Below are positions 28,031 through 39,800 of a stretch of 64,000 bases of DNA, piece by piece. How positions within the stretch are numbered: position 1 is the first letter of the stretch; every line of letters begins with the position of its first letter. The notes below the pieces were generated by a model. That model did no database searches and was not told the origin of the DNA. It saw nothing but the letters and a program-made list of their open reading frames with translations. This DNA comes from an uncultured virus (IMG/VR IMGVR_UViG_641228477_000003) (Duplodnaviria; Heunggongvirae; Uroviricota; Caudoviricetes): positions 1 through 64,000 of the IMG/VR virus record IMGVR_UViG_641228477_000003. The stretch is one strand, 5' to 3'. The position numbers and the translations under genes were made by a program.

Positions 28031-29065
28031 CTATTTCGCTACCGCTTTAGCATCTTGAATCATCGCATATTTAGTGTAGCCTTTAACGTTAGCTGTTTGC
28101 GCTCCCTGCTCTGCTTTCGTATTCACGCCTGTTAGATATGGCTTGATATACTTGTGAAGCGCTAGAAGGCTACCACCAGTGAATAACACTACATCGTAGT
28201 CTTTTAATACGTAGCCTAGATTGTCCACACGTTGCATAACGATACGTGCCGTATATTCTAGCGCTTGTTCCATAAGGTCTTTAATTTCGTACTCTTTACC
28301 GCCTATTTCGATAATAACTTTTGACAGGATTTCCTTGTCAGTAAATTCGTCCTTAACGTACTCTCGTTTAGCATTTCGCAATAATGTATCCATATGCAAG
28401 AGTGACACGATACCTCTAGCGCCACGTTTCGAAAGTTCATCTTTAATTATGCGATTGGCTTCCAGCATTCCGACTTGTACACCATCATATCGTACTATAC
28501 GCAATCCCTCAGCTTCACATACATCAGTTGTACCGAAGCCGATATCGATTACTAATTTACGTGCTGTACGTTCGCTCTCCATGTCTTTACGTACTTTCAG
28601 GTTGTAATCATAGATGCGGTTAACAACAGAGCCTATCGGTTGCATTGGCGTATAAACTCGTAAGATACTGAATGTCTTTGTTTTACCGTCAATTTGTACC
28701 GTATGTTCCCCAACTAGATTGCGTTTAACCTTTTCGTGATTATCGCCGTTCTTGTAGTCTTCGCTAGGAAGTCCAGTTCCGACTACTATCTCGCTACCGT
28801 CTTTCACTAATTGCGAGATTGCTAGAATCGTTTCTGTTCGATATCCAGCGCTAGAGTATCGGTCATCATTTCTTGCGCTACTGCTTATGCCCTGCGCTTC
28901 GCCGATGACATAGCGTATGCCCTCGTATGTATAAACCGTAAGCCCTGTCGTATCCTCAAATGATTCTACTCGTCTTAAAGTATTCAGATAGCACAACTCT
29001 TCGTTCGCTGACGCAACCTTCACGAAAGAATTCGCTGACTCTACGCCGATATAATCTACAGTCAT
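28031..29065 (-). CDS. parM: ParM/StbA/Alp actin-like segregation ATPase
   Basis: GVESANSFVK, GTGLP, MQPIG, VIDIGFGTTD, FTGG, ANVKGY. Confidence 0.92.
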   Translation of the reverse strand: MTVDYIGVESANSFVKVASANEELCYLNTLRRVESFEDTTGLTVYTYEGIRYVIGEAQGISSSARNDDRYSSAGYRTETILAISQLVKDGSEIVVGTGLPSEDYKNGDNHEKVKRNLVGEHTVQIDGKTKTFSILRVYTPMQPIGSVVNRIYDYNLKVRKDMESERTARKLVIDIGFGTTDVCEAEGLRIVRYDGVQVGMLEANRIIKDELSKRGARGIVSLLHMDTLLRNAKREYVKDEFTDKEILSKVIIEIGGKEYEIKDLMEQALEYTARIVMQRVDNLGYVLKDYDVVLFTGGSLLALHKYIKPYLTGVNTKAEQGAQTANVKGYTKYAMIQDAKAVAK

Positions 29066-29074
29066 GTGTAGTCC

Positions 29075-29205
29075 TCCTAGTATTTGAATTCACTTTTAAG
29101 TATTTGAGTATATTATACTACACTTGTCTGATAGAATTCAATAGGGTTTTTGTATAAATTTATACAATTCACTACACATATCTATAGTTTTGTATTCGTA
29201 TGTAT
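29075..29205 (-). promoter_or_regulatory. par promoter and candidate centromere (parC)
   Basis: TTGAAT-N18-TATAAT (29141-29112); perfect palindrome TTGTATAAATTTATACAA 29150-29167; short repeats AGTATTTGA, AATTCACT, ACTACAC. Confidence 0.55.
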
Positions 29206-29209
29206 TAAA

Positions 29210-30190
29210 TTACCACGGTAGGTCGTCGTTATTGAAGGTAGATTCCCCGAAATCTAGTTCACTAAGACTAACGTGTCTAGCGCCCTCAATGCGAGTATTC
29301 ACGAATCTTTCAGCAATCGGATTATTAAGCCAGTCGAATTCCTTCTCTACGTCAATTTCAGAAACCTGTTCATGCGTATGATAGTCGTTAAACATGTTTA
29401 AAGCCGTCTTGTAGATGTACCCACATAGTTCGTCTTCGCTACCATCTTTCTTGTTCCTGATAGATTGCGTGATTCTATCGCCTAGTTCTCTCGCAAAAGT
29501 AGAGTCGTGCTTACAACGGTCTTGTAGTTTCCATGCGGAATCCGAAGCTAGTCCACTATTCTTGTAGGCGCTCACTAGTCTTTTAGTCAGTTTGTTACCT
29601 AAAGACGAATCTATTAAAGCGTAAGCATGTCGAAGAACCTCGGGAGTATCCGCAAAAAGTTGCTCCTGCTCTATTTCTATATCTTTAACTAGTTTAGTAT
29701 TATTATTCTTTTCGAAGTCTTTTAAGGATTTATTAAGGGTTTTAGGAAGAGATTGAGAAAGAGATTCTTTTTCTGATTTCGGCTCATCGACCTTACTCTC
29801 CGTAGGATTCACGATGATTTCGCAGTCTGCAAAACGCTCTGCAAGACCGTCTGCAATACGGCATGCAATAACATAAACGTTAGCGCCTGAACCACCGCTC
29901 TTTTTACGTAGAGTTTCGTACTTATCCACAAGCCCTAAGTCTACTAATTTCTTCGTTGCGTAATTAATAGTACGAAGTGATTTACCAACACCTTCGGCAA
30001 TAGTCGGTACTTTTAGGTACGCCACGCCTACGGCTTTTAACGCATGTTGAGCGATAAAGTCTAGTACGGCAATTTGTGTTTTATTAAGTTCATGCGAATA
30101 ATGTTTCTTAGCGATCTCTAGAGCGAAATCCATTTCTTCAGTAGTTTCAAATAAAGATAAGCTATCATATTGATTCATGTAGTTTTTCAT
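29210..30190 (-). CDS. Plasmid-type replication initiator (wHTH)
   Basis: VAYLKVPTIAEGVGKSLRTINYATKKLVDLGLV...GANVY; internal iterons; adjacent to par. Confidence 0.8.
   Translation of the reverse strand: MKNYMNQYDSLSLFETTEEMDFALEIAKKHYSHELNKTQIAVLDFIAQHALKAVGVAYLKVPTIAEGVGKSLRTINYATKKLVDLGLVDKYETLRKKSGGSGANVYVIACRIADGLAERFADCEIIVNPTESKVDEPKSEKESLSQSLPKTLNKSLKDFEKNNNTKLVKDIEIEQEQLFADTPEVLRHAYALIDSSLGNKLTKRLVSAYKNSGLASDSAWKLQDRCKHDSTFARELGDRITQSIRNKKDGSEDELCGYIYKTALNMFNDYHTHEQVSEIDVEKEFDWLNNPIAERFVNTRIEGARHVSLSELDFGESTFNNDDLPW
29826..29873. repeat. Four 12-bp iterons inside rep (plasmid origin candidate)
   Basis: TCTGCAAAACGC TCTGCAAGACCG TCTGCAATACGG CATGCAATAACA beside an AT-rich tract. 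Confidence 0.75.
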
Positions 30191-30262
30191 TGTGGTAAAT
30201 CCTTCCGAGAAAAGAACACAAATAACCGTTGATTCATTCGAGGGAATATCGTATAATGAGGG

Positions 30263-30466
30263 TAGTGATTTCTCATATAAGATATGCATAAAGGTATTTA
30301 TGTAATTTCTCTTTATAATTTTTTAGCGTCATTTTCCGATGACGTCTGTTTTACCGCCATTTTCCGATGGCGTTGTTACATTGTCGTTGCGCTTTGTCGA
30401 GCGCATATTGTCGATTATAACTTTCGTTCTGACCGTTGGTGACTGCAATCACTAGCGGTCTTTTTC
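30263..30466 (+). ncRNA. Putative antisense (counter-transcript) RNA to the rep leader
   Basis: TTGATT-N17-TATAAT at 30229-30257; terminator hairpin 30431-30460 + T-run. Confidence 0.65.
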
Positions 30467-30498
30467 TGTTTTTTTGTCGAAAACAACTTACGAGTACT

Positions 30499-30527
30499 AT
30501 ATTACGCTGACTTGCGAATCGTGTCAA
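30499..30527 (-). promoter_or_regulatory. sigmaA promoter of rep
   Basis: TTGACA-N17-TAATAT; two TTGCAGACCG iteron-like boxes at 30535-30557. Confidence 0.75.
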
Positions 30528-30586
30528 CACTTTTTTGCAGACCGAAATTGCAGACCGTAAAAAGACAAAAAGAAAGAGCGCCATAA

Positions 30587-30781
30587 TCAGCGCCCTTCGT
30601 AATAATTCTGCAATCCTTTTGACATGTATCGTCTGTCTTTGTGTGACCTCGTCATAGTAGTAGATGCTACAGAATCATCGTTCTTTAGCTTTATCGTTAA
30701 CAGCACACCCCCGAGAAGTCCTGCAATCCCTGCGAATGCTGTTCCGAATAGAATTCCACCTGCAAATGAAATTGGTAACAT
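30587..30781 (-). CDS. Small single-TM protein
   Basis: Gly-rich TM; own TTGACA promoter with operator at 30874-30890. Confidence 0.6.
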   Translation of the reverse strand: MLPISFAGGILFGTAFAGIAGLLGGVLLTIKLKNDDSVASTTMTRSHKDRRYMSKGLQNYYEGR

Positions 30782-31029
30782 TGTCGATTCCTTCTTTCGT
30801 ATTATATTTAATTTTGTGTTACATTCGTGTTGTTAATTACATACTAAATTAATATGAATCGCATGTCAACGCTTTTCGCAAATTGCGTAATAATTTCACG
30901 TACCCTAATATAAGTAAAAAGACGCAGACACCTGAATCAAAGTCGAAGTGTCCACGCCTGTCAGCAGTATTGTCGTAGTTTGGGAGATAGATGTTTCATG
31001 AGACTTACGAGAATTAACAGTGCCAGCCG

Positions 31030-31302
31030 TTAACCTCGTTCGATATCTTCTAACACATGGAACGTAATTTCTTCGTTAGGGGCATCGCTGAAGCCCTTTC
31101 CGACTGATGCGTTATTGATTACGCCCATTGCGATTAATCCTGTTAATCCCCAGTCCGCTAGAGTTACGATAGAATCCGCAACTTCCTGCGTCGGAATGTA
31201 TCCGTAGGCTAGACCTTGTTTAACCAAGAACGCTACTAACGCAAGTAACGTCCCTCGGTTCATAAGGCGCAATCCGAGTTTACGGAATTGCATATTCTTC
31301 AT
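31030..31302 (-). CDS. Holin
   Basis: Two TMs, RLMNRGTLLAL...GVINN; lysis cassette; MKNM start. Confidence 0.8.
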   Translation of the reverse strand: MKNMQFRKLGLRLMNRGTLLALVAFLVKQGLAYGYIPTQEVADSIVTLADWGLTGLIAMGVINNASVGKGFSDAPNEEITFHVLEDIERG

Positions 31303-31559
31303 TACGCAACAACCTCCCAATCTTCCGCTAGACAATCGCCTACGGACGGAACCCACGTACTTATAGTTCCTGAAACCGTCTTAATAGCGAAATACGGATT
31401 ATAGTGCGCTACTTCTCCAAACTCTTTCTTCGCAACTTCCGTCACTGTCGGATACGAGTTGGCTGGGACGTAGTAAACAAACATCCCTTTGCCATTCCAC
31501 CCCTTTCTCGCAACCTTCTTCATTTGCTTTAATGCTTCGATAGCTTTTCCGAAATCCAT
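31302..31559 (-). CDS. DUF2829 / Tad2-like anti-Thoeris sponge
   Basis: MDFGKAIEALKQMKKVARKGWNGKGMFV...WVPSVGDCLAEDW. Confidence 0.85.
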   Translation of the reverse strand: MDFGKAIEALKQMKKVARKGWNGKGMFVYYVPANSYPTVTEVAKKEFGEVAHYNPYFAIKTVSGTISTWVPSVGDCLAEDWEVVA

Positions 31560-31577
31560 ATGATCGCTTCCTCTCTA

Positions 31578-32576
31578 TTAGTCTTGTACGAATCGAATAT
31601 AGGCTGGGTCGTAGAATACCCATTGATTTCCGCCGAGATTTAACCAGTCGCCTTCTCTCGCCCACACTTTGTATTCCTCGGGCTTGTTCAACTTACGAAT
31701 GAATTCGCCGTTCTTGCTCGGTGATTTACGTAGATTGACGTTAGTACCTAGAATGTACGCCACACCTGTTACGGTAGGTTTTGGTTGACTGTTTAACTTG
31801 AGCGTAGTATATGAAGGGTCGGCGTATACCCACTCATCGCCACCGACGCAAGCCCATCCGTTTTGCATCGCCCATACGATGTAAGTGTTCGGCACAATCT
31901 GACGTTTTACTGGGAAGTTAGTACCAGCGCCAGTGCGGATATTCACGCCAGTACCTGCAATCGTAATCGTACCAATACCATTTTCTGTTGGCGGTGGTGT
32001 CGGTGTCGGCGAAGGTGTGGAACTTCCGTTATACGATTTACCTAAGTACGTACAGATCGCTCTCGCATATCCTTGCGCCAACTTACGAAGAACATCGTCC
32101 TTGCGAATGTGTGCCATCTCTGACGCATTACTAATAAATCCGTTTTCTGTTAGTACCGCTGGCATATGAGTCTCACGCAATACTGCGTAGTCTGCTGTCT
32201 TCATGCCACGGTCACGGAATCCTAATACCTTCATACCTTCCGTATGGATTAAGTCCTGTAAGCGGTTCGTGTTTTTGTCGTTGCGGTTGAATACGAATGT
32301 TTCGTAACCTAGCGCACTTGGATTATCAGACGAGTTTAAGTGATTCGAAATGAATACTTTTGCGCCACGGTCATTTGCGAACCTAGCACGAGCAGACAGC
32401 GATAAGAATGTATCACTCGCACGAGTCATCGCAACCGATACGCCACTATTTACTAACTCATCTCGCAAGTATAATGATAGTTTTAGCGCTCGCTCTTTCT
32501 CTAGTAATCCGTTCCCGACCGCACCTGAATCGTGGTCACCGTGTCCTGCATCAATAATTACTTCTTCGTTTGCCAT
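31578..32576 (-). CDS. Endolysin: Amidase_3 N-acetylmuramoyl-L-alanine amidase + two SH3-like domains
   Basis: IDAGHG, E, SNHLN, LTENGFISN; PT linker; two VN(I/L)R...W repeats. Confidence 0.95.
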   Translation of the reverse strand: MANEEVIIDAGHGDHDSGAVGNGLLEKERALKLSLYLRDELVNSGVSVAMTRASDTFLSLSARARFANDRGAKVFISNHLNSSDNPSALGYETFVFNRNDKNTNRLQDLIHTEGMKVLGFRDRGMKTADYAVLRETHMPAVLTENGFISNASEMAHIRKDDVLRKLAQGYARAICTYLGKSYNGSSTPSPTPTPPPTENGIGTITIAGTGVNIRTGAGTNFPVKRQIVPNTYIVWAMQNGWACVGGDEWVYADPSYTTLKLNSQPKPTVTGVAYILGTNVNLRKSPSKNGEFIRKLNKPEEYKVWAREGDWLNLGGNQWVFYDPAYIRFVQD

Positions 32577-32644
32577 GTAATCGACCTCCTAGTTTTAGTG
32601 GGCTTGACAACGCCCTTACATTATGATAAGGGCGTGAGCCGTCG

Positions 32645-32992
32645 TTATAAGGTCGGAAACACTAACTTAATTCCAACAAGTCCACCTAAGATCGTTAGAA
32701 TGAAGACAATAATGATAGTGAACCATTTTGATAGTTGCATTTGATTGGACAAGAACTTGTCCTGCTTTCTATCGAATCCGTCAATCTTCTCACCATGCCT
32801 TACACTAGACTTCGTTAGTTCCATAAGCATTGCGTTGATATCGTCCATACGCTTCTCCAGTACGCTGATGCGCTCATGGGCCGCCTTCTGCGACTTGTAC
32901 GTAGAGTTACGTAGCTGGTGTAGTTCTCGCTCTAGTTCCGCTTGTTTGCGAATAACATCTTCGAGTGTTTGACGTCTTTCCTGCGTTGTCAT
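32645..32992 (-). CDS. XhlA-like coiled-coil + C-terminal TM lysis protein
   Basis: Architecture and position before endolysin; operator copy 33006-33022 over its RBS. Confidence 0.7.
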   Translation of the reverse strand: MTTQERRQTLEDVIRKQAELERELHQLRNSTYKSQKAAHERISVLEKRMDDINAMLMELTKSSVRHGEKIDGFDRKQDKFLSNQMQLSKWFTIIIVFILTILGGLVGIKLVFPTL

Positions 32993-33064
32993 CGTCAGCA
33001 CCTCCTTTCGCAAGTAGCGTAATTTTCAGAAAAGAAAAGAGCGGTTATATACCGCCCTCTCTCG

Positions 33065-33283
33065 CTACGCATCGATTACTTCTGTAGCAGGTTCGCTTTT
33101 CTCTGCTGGCTTTTCTAGAAATACGATTCGCTCTTGCTGTTCTCGTACAATAGATTCTAGCGCTAGTTTATCGTTAGCAAGAACACGAACCTGCTCCTGC
33201 AATACCGCTTTGTCTGATGTTAGATTAGCGACTTGAATCGCTAAGTCATTGCGAATGTTATCGTGATTGACATCTACAGTCAT
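33065..33283 (-). CDS. Small coiled-coil protein
   Basis: ORF followed by terminator. Confidence 0.55.
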   Translation of the reverse strand: MTVDVNHDNIRNDLAIQVANLTSDKAVLQEQVRVLANDKLALESIVREQQERIVFLEKPAEKSEPATEVIDA

Positions 33284-33290
33284 CTGTGTA

Positions 33291-33797
33291 TTACTCAACA
33301 TCCGTCACCTCCGCCCCATCAACGACATCTTTCGGAATGTTAGCTTCCTCTATTAACCACGTGCGAAGGTCACGAGAGCGCATCATACCGTTAACCATTT
33401 CGACATACTCTAGTCGCTCATCAGCGCCGTACATTCGAGCGATCTTACGAAGTCGGACACGTTCAAGATATTCGAGTTCCGCTTCTTCTCTGCGAATTCT
33501 AGCTTCCATCTCTTCACGGACTGCCTTATCTTCCGCAGTTTCACCCCATCGAAGCGTTGTGATTTTCGTGTAACAGTCCTCGCAGATACGTGTGCCTTCC
33601 CAATCATGCGTTTTAATGTTTCGACTACATGCTGTACATCGATGTTCCGTTTGATTGATTACTACGCCACCGAGCGTACCCAGCACCTCTACTGTAGTAG
33701 GTAGTTCAATCCCTGCGAACTCTAGCATGAATTTCGGAATAGTGATTGTTCCGTCCTCGCCGACTTCGACAAGTTTCCCTAAGAATGGATTTTGCAT
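33291..33797 (-). CDS. AbrB/SpoVT-like regulator with Zn ribbon
   Basis: VGEDGTITIPK...GI; CTAC...CEDC. Confidence 0.75.
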   Translation of the reverse strand: MQNPFLGKLVEVGEDGTITIPKFMLEFAGIELPTTVEVLGTLGGVVINQTEHRCTACSRNIKTHDWEGTRICEDCYTKITTLRWGETAEDKAVREEMEARIRREEAELEYLERVRLRKIARMYGADERLEYVEMVNGMMRSRDLRTWLIEEANIPKDVVDGAEVTDVE

Positions 33798-33872
33798 ATA
33801 ATTTCCCCTTTCCATAATAGAAGGCGAACGCCCTACCCCTGTATAAGGGCGCTCAACCGATTGATTAGGTCA

Positions 33873-36800
33873 TTAACCGACGCCGAACGTCTTGATTACT
33901 TGCCAGCCATTACCTACGAACAGATACAGCCCCATACCTGCGCCACCTGCTCCATACCATAGCGCTCCGTTCTCGTTTGAAACGATTCTGTTAGGGCTAT
34001 TAAATACGAAGTGAGGTGCTTTTATGGTAGCCTGTCCATTGGCGATGATATCAGCGTCCCATGTACGAATCATCTTCGATGTATCAATACCTGCACCTGC
34101 CGAGTTTCCGCCTTGGATGTTTATGCCTTGCTGTGGCAGGAGCGGTGCATGTACTCTCATTTGCGAGTTTACCATTACTTCAGCAGTATGCTCGTAACCT
34201 AGATGCAGATTTCCGTCAGCGGCAGATAGTGTTACATTGTTGTTTCCGTGGTCTACCAGTATGCCCTTGTCCTTGTGTCCTCGCAGATATTTGAATCGCA
34301 TGTTCATCGCATCTAATGTGTCGCTAACTGTTACATTATCCGACTGTAATCTGCGATATTGCAGTCTAGCTAACGCAGATTTCCATAGACTGTCTTCCGC
34401 TTCATAGGGAGATGCCTTCGAGCCTGATACGACCTGAACGCCGTCAACCACGCACCAGTTTGCATTAGTTGTCACTATGTTAATGCGAAGCGCTCTACGT
34501 GTGTACTGCGATAGATTTGCGTGGGCTGTTACAGTGACTCCATATCGTACGACATCGCCAATGTTAGCGTTAGGTACTGGGAAGTCCTTCGTTTCTGAAT
34601 GGATAACAACACCGTTAACATCCGTTCCATTAAATCCTACATGCTGAACCATTAATCTAGGCGCACCTGCGCCAAGTCCTCCGAATGGCTTACCAGCGTG
34701 TAGAGATATCGTGTACTGTTTATTCGGACTTACGGTTACATCTTGGAACACATAGTTCGCATTGTTAACAAGTAAGGCTTTCATGCCGAATGGGACTGCT
34801 TCAGGTTGCGCCGAACCACCGTAATATGTAGCGATTCTTGGCGTACCTCTTTTCGCCCACTGATATGACTTGTCATTGTCGTTAATGGTTTTAGTATCTA
34901 CTGGATTGTAAATACCGCCTATAACGCCACCACTCACATTTGCGTTAATCAGTTCGAAGGAATGGTCATGGACTAGATTCGTAGCCGAGACTGCACTAGA
35001 TAGCAAACCAGTCTTCGCATCTTTAATTAAGAAATCAGCATCAGTTACTGTTACGCCAGCCTTTCCGATAGTCACACGACCGTTACTGATTTCAACGTTG
35101 TCAGCATTTATTGTACCTGATGCGATGTTCTGCGCCTTCAGATTGATAATGTTCGTATTGGTAGCGTTGATAGTTCCGCCAGTAATGCGGTCAGCTGACA
35201 TCGTACCACCAGTGATAACTCCAGCACTTAGATTCTTTACAGTTACTTTTGACGCATCGAGTACGCCTGTTTGAATCATCGAAGCACTAATCGCATTCGT
35301 GGCGATCTTGTCCGCCGTGATTGCACCAGCGACAATCTTCGAAGCGTTAATCGAGTTCACTGCAATCTTATCGGCTGTAACTGCATTCGCCTGAATCTTT
35401 GAAGCATCGATAGCATTCGCAGATAACTTCGAAGCGTTGATAGCACCAGCGACAATCTTGTCCGCTGTAACTGCATTCGTAGCAATCTTGTCGGCAATTA
35501 CCGAGCCAGCGACGATTTTATCGGATGTTATCGAATTCGTAGCAATCTTCGAAGCGTTAACTGTACCTGCGCCGATTCTATCTGCATGTAACGTACCAGC
35601 CGTGATGTTTCCAGCGTTCATATTCGTAACAGCAATCTTCGAAGCATCAATCGTACCTGAAACGATATTCCCTGCCTTCAGATTGATGATATTCGTATTC
35701 GTTGCGTTGATTGTACCGCCATTGATTCGGTCAGCGGTCATCGTACCTGACGTGATGTTATTCGCCTTCAGATTCGTTACGTTGACCTTATTCGCATCTA
35801 ACGTACCAGCTACGATTCGTTCAGCGACAATCGTTCCGCTATCTACTGCACTAATTGATGGTGAATGCCATAGGATGGATGCATCCTTATTCTTCACTTT
35901 CGGATAGTATCCACTATAGAAACGAACACGCAGGTACTTAGTTGCTGGATGCATTCTGTAGGACGCCTGAATATTACGACCTTGTGGCGCTTCGTTTCCA
36001 CCTGCTTGCGAGGATAATACGTAACCGTCCATAAACAGCCATCTCCCTACCTCTCCCTCTCCGCTCCAAAAATACGGATTAGTTCTAGGGTCGCCTGATA
36101 GTGCGCCATTAATTGGATTTAACGGCTGTACAGGAAGTTCCTTTTGATTCTTATCGTATGCATTTAATCCGAAGTACTGCGCCCCTTGCATTTCATTCTT
36201 CTCAACAAACATGCCGATACTTGCCTTGTATGTTTGGTTCGGGTCTACTTCGAAGTACTCGGAATTATATAACGTAGGTTGTTCGTGTTCTGCCGTTGTG
36301 AATCCGTGGACAAGAACGTCACCCATATTCGAAGAACCTCGCATCATTACCGTGGATGTAGCGTGTTTACTAACTCCCCATCCTGTTGAGTCGTTTCCTG
36401 TGAGTGTAGGGTTTGCGATAAGACTTTTCGCAAGTACATGCAACTTTTCCGTAGTGATCGCTCCTGCTAGAATCTTCTCGGCGGTTACTGCATTCGCCTG
36501 TAACTTCGAAGCATTAATCGAATTCGCCTGTAGTTTATCTGTAGTTACTGCGCCAGCTTGAATCTTGTCGGCTATAACTGCATTCGACGCAATCTTATCG
36601 GCTACGATCGCATTTGCTACGATTTTAGATGCGTTCACAGCGTTCGCTGATATCTTGTCGGTAGTTACTGCGTTAACTGCAATCTTATCCGCCACAATCG
36701 CATTAGCTACGATCTTGGATGCATTAACGGAATTAGCCACCAGCTTATCAGTAGTTACTGCGTTAGTCGCAATCTTTTCGGCGGTAATCGTATTCGCTCC

Positions 36801-39800
36801 GATTCGGTCGGCGTGAATAGTACCCACCTTGATATTACCTGCGTTCAGGTTATCTACGTTGACCTTAGTCGCATCGATACGACCTGTTACGATTGAGTCA
36901 CCAGTAAGAATCGAACCGCCCTGCGTTGCCATTACTTCGAAGTTAGCGATATTAACTGCCGTCTGACTCGGTTGTGGCTCTCTTATTGTTAGCCTAACAT
37001 ATTGAACTTGGCGACCTCCGAACGTATAACTTAACGGTACTGCTGTATTGTTAGTGACGTCCGCTACGACTTCCCACGTCGTATTGTTCATTGATGTTTC
37101 TATCTTGAAACTCTTCGGCGTGTATCGTGCATCGGTCGTATAGTACGTAGTAAATCCGATACGAACCACTTCTCCGACGATGTTGCCTAAGTTTACTGTA
37201 GCCGTCGCTGGGAACTGTTTTACCATCCAACGAGGTACTGCGGTGTTATCCGCCCCTGTCATTCCGTTGGCTATTAGGTCGCCACTACTGTATGTAGTCG
37301 GCGCATTACCTGCTACATTGCGAAGACGTCCGCCGAACTCTAAATGGTCAGCGCTAATCGAGCCAACCTTCAAGCGAGATGCATCTAGCGTACCAACCGT
37401 GATGTTTCCTGCATCGATATCGACTATCTTCGCGCTATTACCGCTTATTGTTACACCATGCAGTCGTTGAGCTGCTAACGTACCTTGCGTGATATTGCTC
37501 GCATTTTTGGCGAAGTCTTCTACTTCCTTCTTAACGTCATTCGCTCGATTCGTTGCGTTGGTTTGCGCTTCCTTCGCCTTGTCTTCCGCATGCTTCTTGA
37601 TGTCTGCGAATTCTTTATCGATTTCTTCTAGTGGCTGGTCATACTCAGTAAACTTCGTACCGATGCCGACTTTGTATTCGTACATGTCAATTGTACCGTT
37701 CGTGAAGTCCCTAGCCAGTGAGTAGAATGACAATTCCTTAATCGGCTTATCATCTATCTTTGTAGCTGCTTGAATTAGCTGTCGAGTGTACTGCACATTT
37801 GGTTTGATAATCGTTTCGAATCTAGCCGACCTGTACATTTCCGTACCGTCTGTGAATGTTATCTTTAATTCAGCGCCAACCCATGGACTCGTAGTTCCTA
37901 TCGATGCGATCTTACCGTCCATTCTAAGAGAGATTACGATACTCTGACCTCGAAGCTGTTCTTTAGCGGTAGGTGTGAAACCGAAGTACGTATGTGGCTT
38001 ATTCTCGTTATTTACTACGACATGATGCTTGCCCTTCGTACCTATAAGTAAGTTACGACCAGCATTAGACATCTCGTTAATCTTATTCGTTAATTCACTA
38101 CGAACCTTGGCATCTTCCTCTTTCGCCTTTTTGTCGGCTTCTGTAATGGCTTGAGTCTTCGCATCTTCAGCTAACTTCTTCGCATCTTCAGTTGCAAGTC
38201 GCTTCGCTTCGTCCGCCAGTTTCTTCGCTTCTGCTTCCGCTTGAGTCTTCGCATCCCCTGCCAGCTTCTTCGCATCTTCGGTCGCTAGGCGTTTCGCCTC
38301 ATCTGCTAACTTCTTCGCTTCTGCTTCGGCTAGGCGTTGGGCTTCACTAGATAACTTCGTAGCTTCGTCCTTCGCATTCTTCTCGGCTAATTGTCGAGCC
38401 TTCTCCGCTTCTGCTTTCGCATCCTTTAACGCTTGGTCTACCGCATTACTTTGTGCAGTATCCGCCTTATCTTGTGAATCCTGCTTGAGCGCTTCTTCGA
38501 CAGTCTTCGTTACTTCGTTCGTGTGATTGTTCGCATTCGTTTCGGCTTCTTTGGCGATTCGCTCGGCTTCGCTCTTGATTGCTAAATCGAGATTCTTCGC
38601 TTCTTCAATCGCACTCGTACGAGCCTTTTCCGCTTCTGCTTTTGCTTCTTTAATAGCGTCCTCTCTAGCTTTATCAGCTTTCTCGATTACGTCGTTGAGG
38701 TCAGGCGCTCCAATATCCGCTGGTACTTGTGGCGAAGTTGGAATCCATTCCTTTCCGTCATACTTCTTCAATATATATGGCTTCTTGGTCGTATCCATCC
38801 ATAGCTTCGTCGTATCGGCTGGCGGTTTAATATCAACATGCATCGATTTTTCTGAATAGCTTTCCGTGAATAGCTTTGCGTTGTCTTCAGCATCCTTCGC
38901 AACCTTATTCGCATGCTCTTGTAACTCCGCTTCGACTTCAGGAATTAAGCCGTCAACATAGCTTTTCGTTTCAATGATAGTCTCTTCGACTACCTCGATG
39001 ACTTTCTCATTCGTGTAGTTGTTTGCTTCCGAGATCGCTTCTTCCTTCTTTTGCGTGGCATCTTTCTCCGCAGTTTCAATCGCTTGCTTCTCGGCTTCTT
39101 TCGCTTTTTCTTGCGCGCCACTCGGTGTCTCCGCTCCGATATCGCTTGCTTCTGTTGCTGTCGCTTTTACCCACACTTCATTCTCCGCATCCCAACGTTT
39201 CATGATGTTAGGTTCTCGGCTCGTATCCAGCCATAGCATATCAGGCTCTCGTTTCGATTTGATTGGCGGTGTCTTGGATTTGTATACCGTTTCGCCTTTT
39301 GATTCCCACTTCGACATATTCGAATTGATTTGGTCTTGAATCGCTTCGATTTGTTTATTCGGCTCGATGATTACTGGAACGAACTCGCCCAGTACCACAG
39401 CATCTTGCGAAGGGTCTGTGTAGGAACGCTTGATTTGAATTACTCGTGCATCTACTGCAAGGTACGGAACAAACATCGTATCCTTAACAAGAACGTAATC
39501 ACCAAGTCGAACGGCTTCGTGTTTCCATTTCGCCAGTCTTTCCAGTAAGACCACTTGTGTTTCGTAGGTCATTCGAGGTTTGTTGCGCTTCTTGATTTCC
39601 TCTACGCCAGCTTTCATTAGTGCGTATACGTCTTCGATGCTACTGAACTCAACACGACCGAAGATGTGCTTTCCTGCGACGCCGAATTGCTGTAACGCAT
39701 CATTATCGCCTATCCAGTTCTGGTCTTTTGGTGAAACCCATCCGTCGAACTGACCGTCATGTCCTGCGAGGGTCAGGCGCTTCCCTGATTCGTCAGCCTT

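Noticed and set aside
30900..31029. sRNA or micro-ORF downstream of the holin
   Set aside because: Only a terminator-like hairpin and 8-11 codon ORFs; insufficient support
33873..34400. Diversity-generating retroelement target
   Set aside because: No reverse transcriptase or template repeat seen in the window
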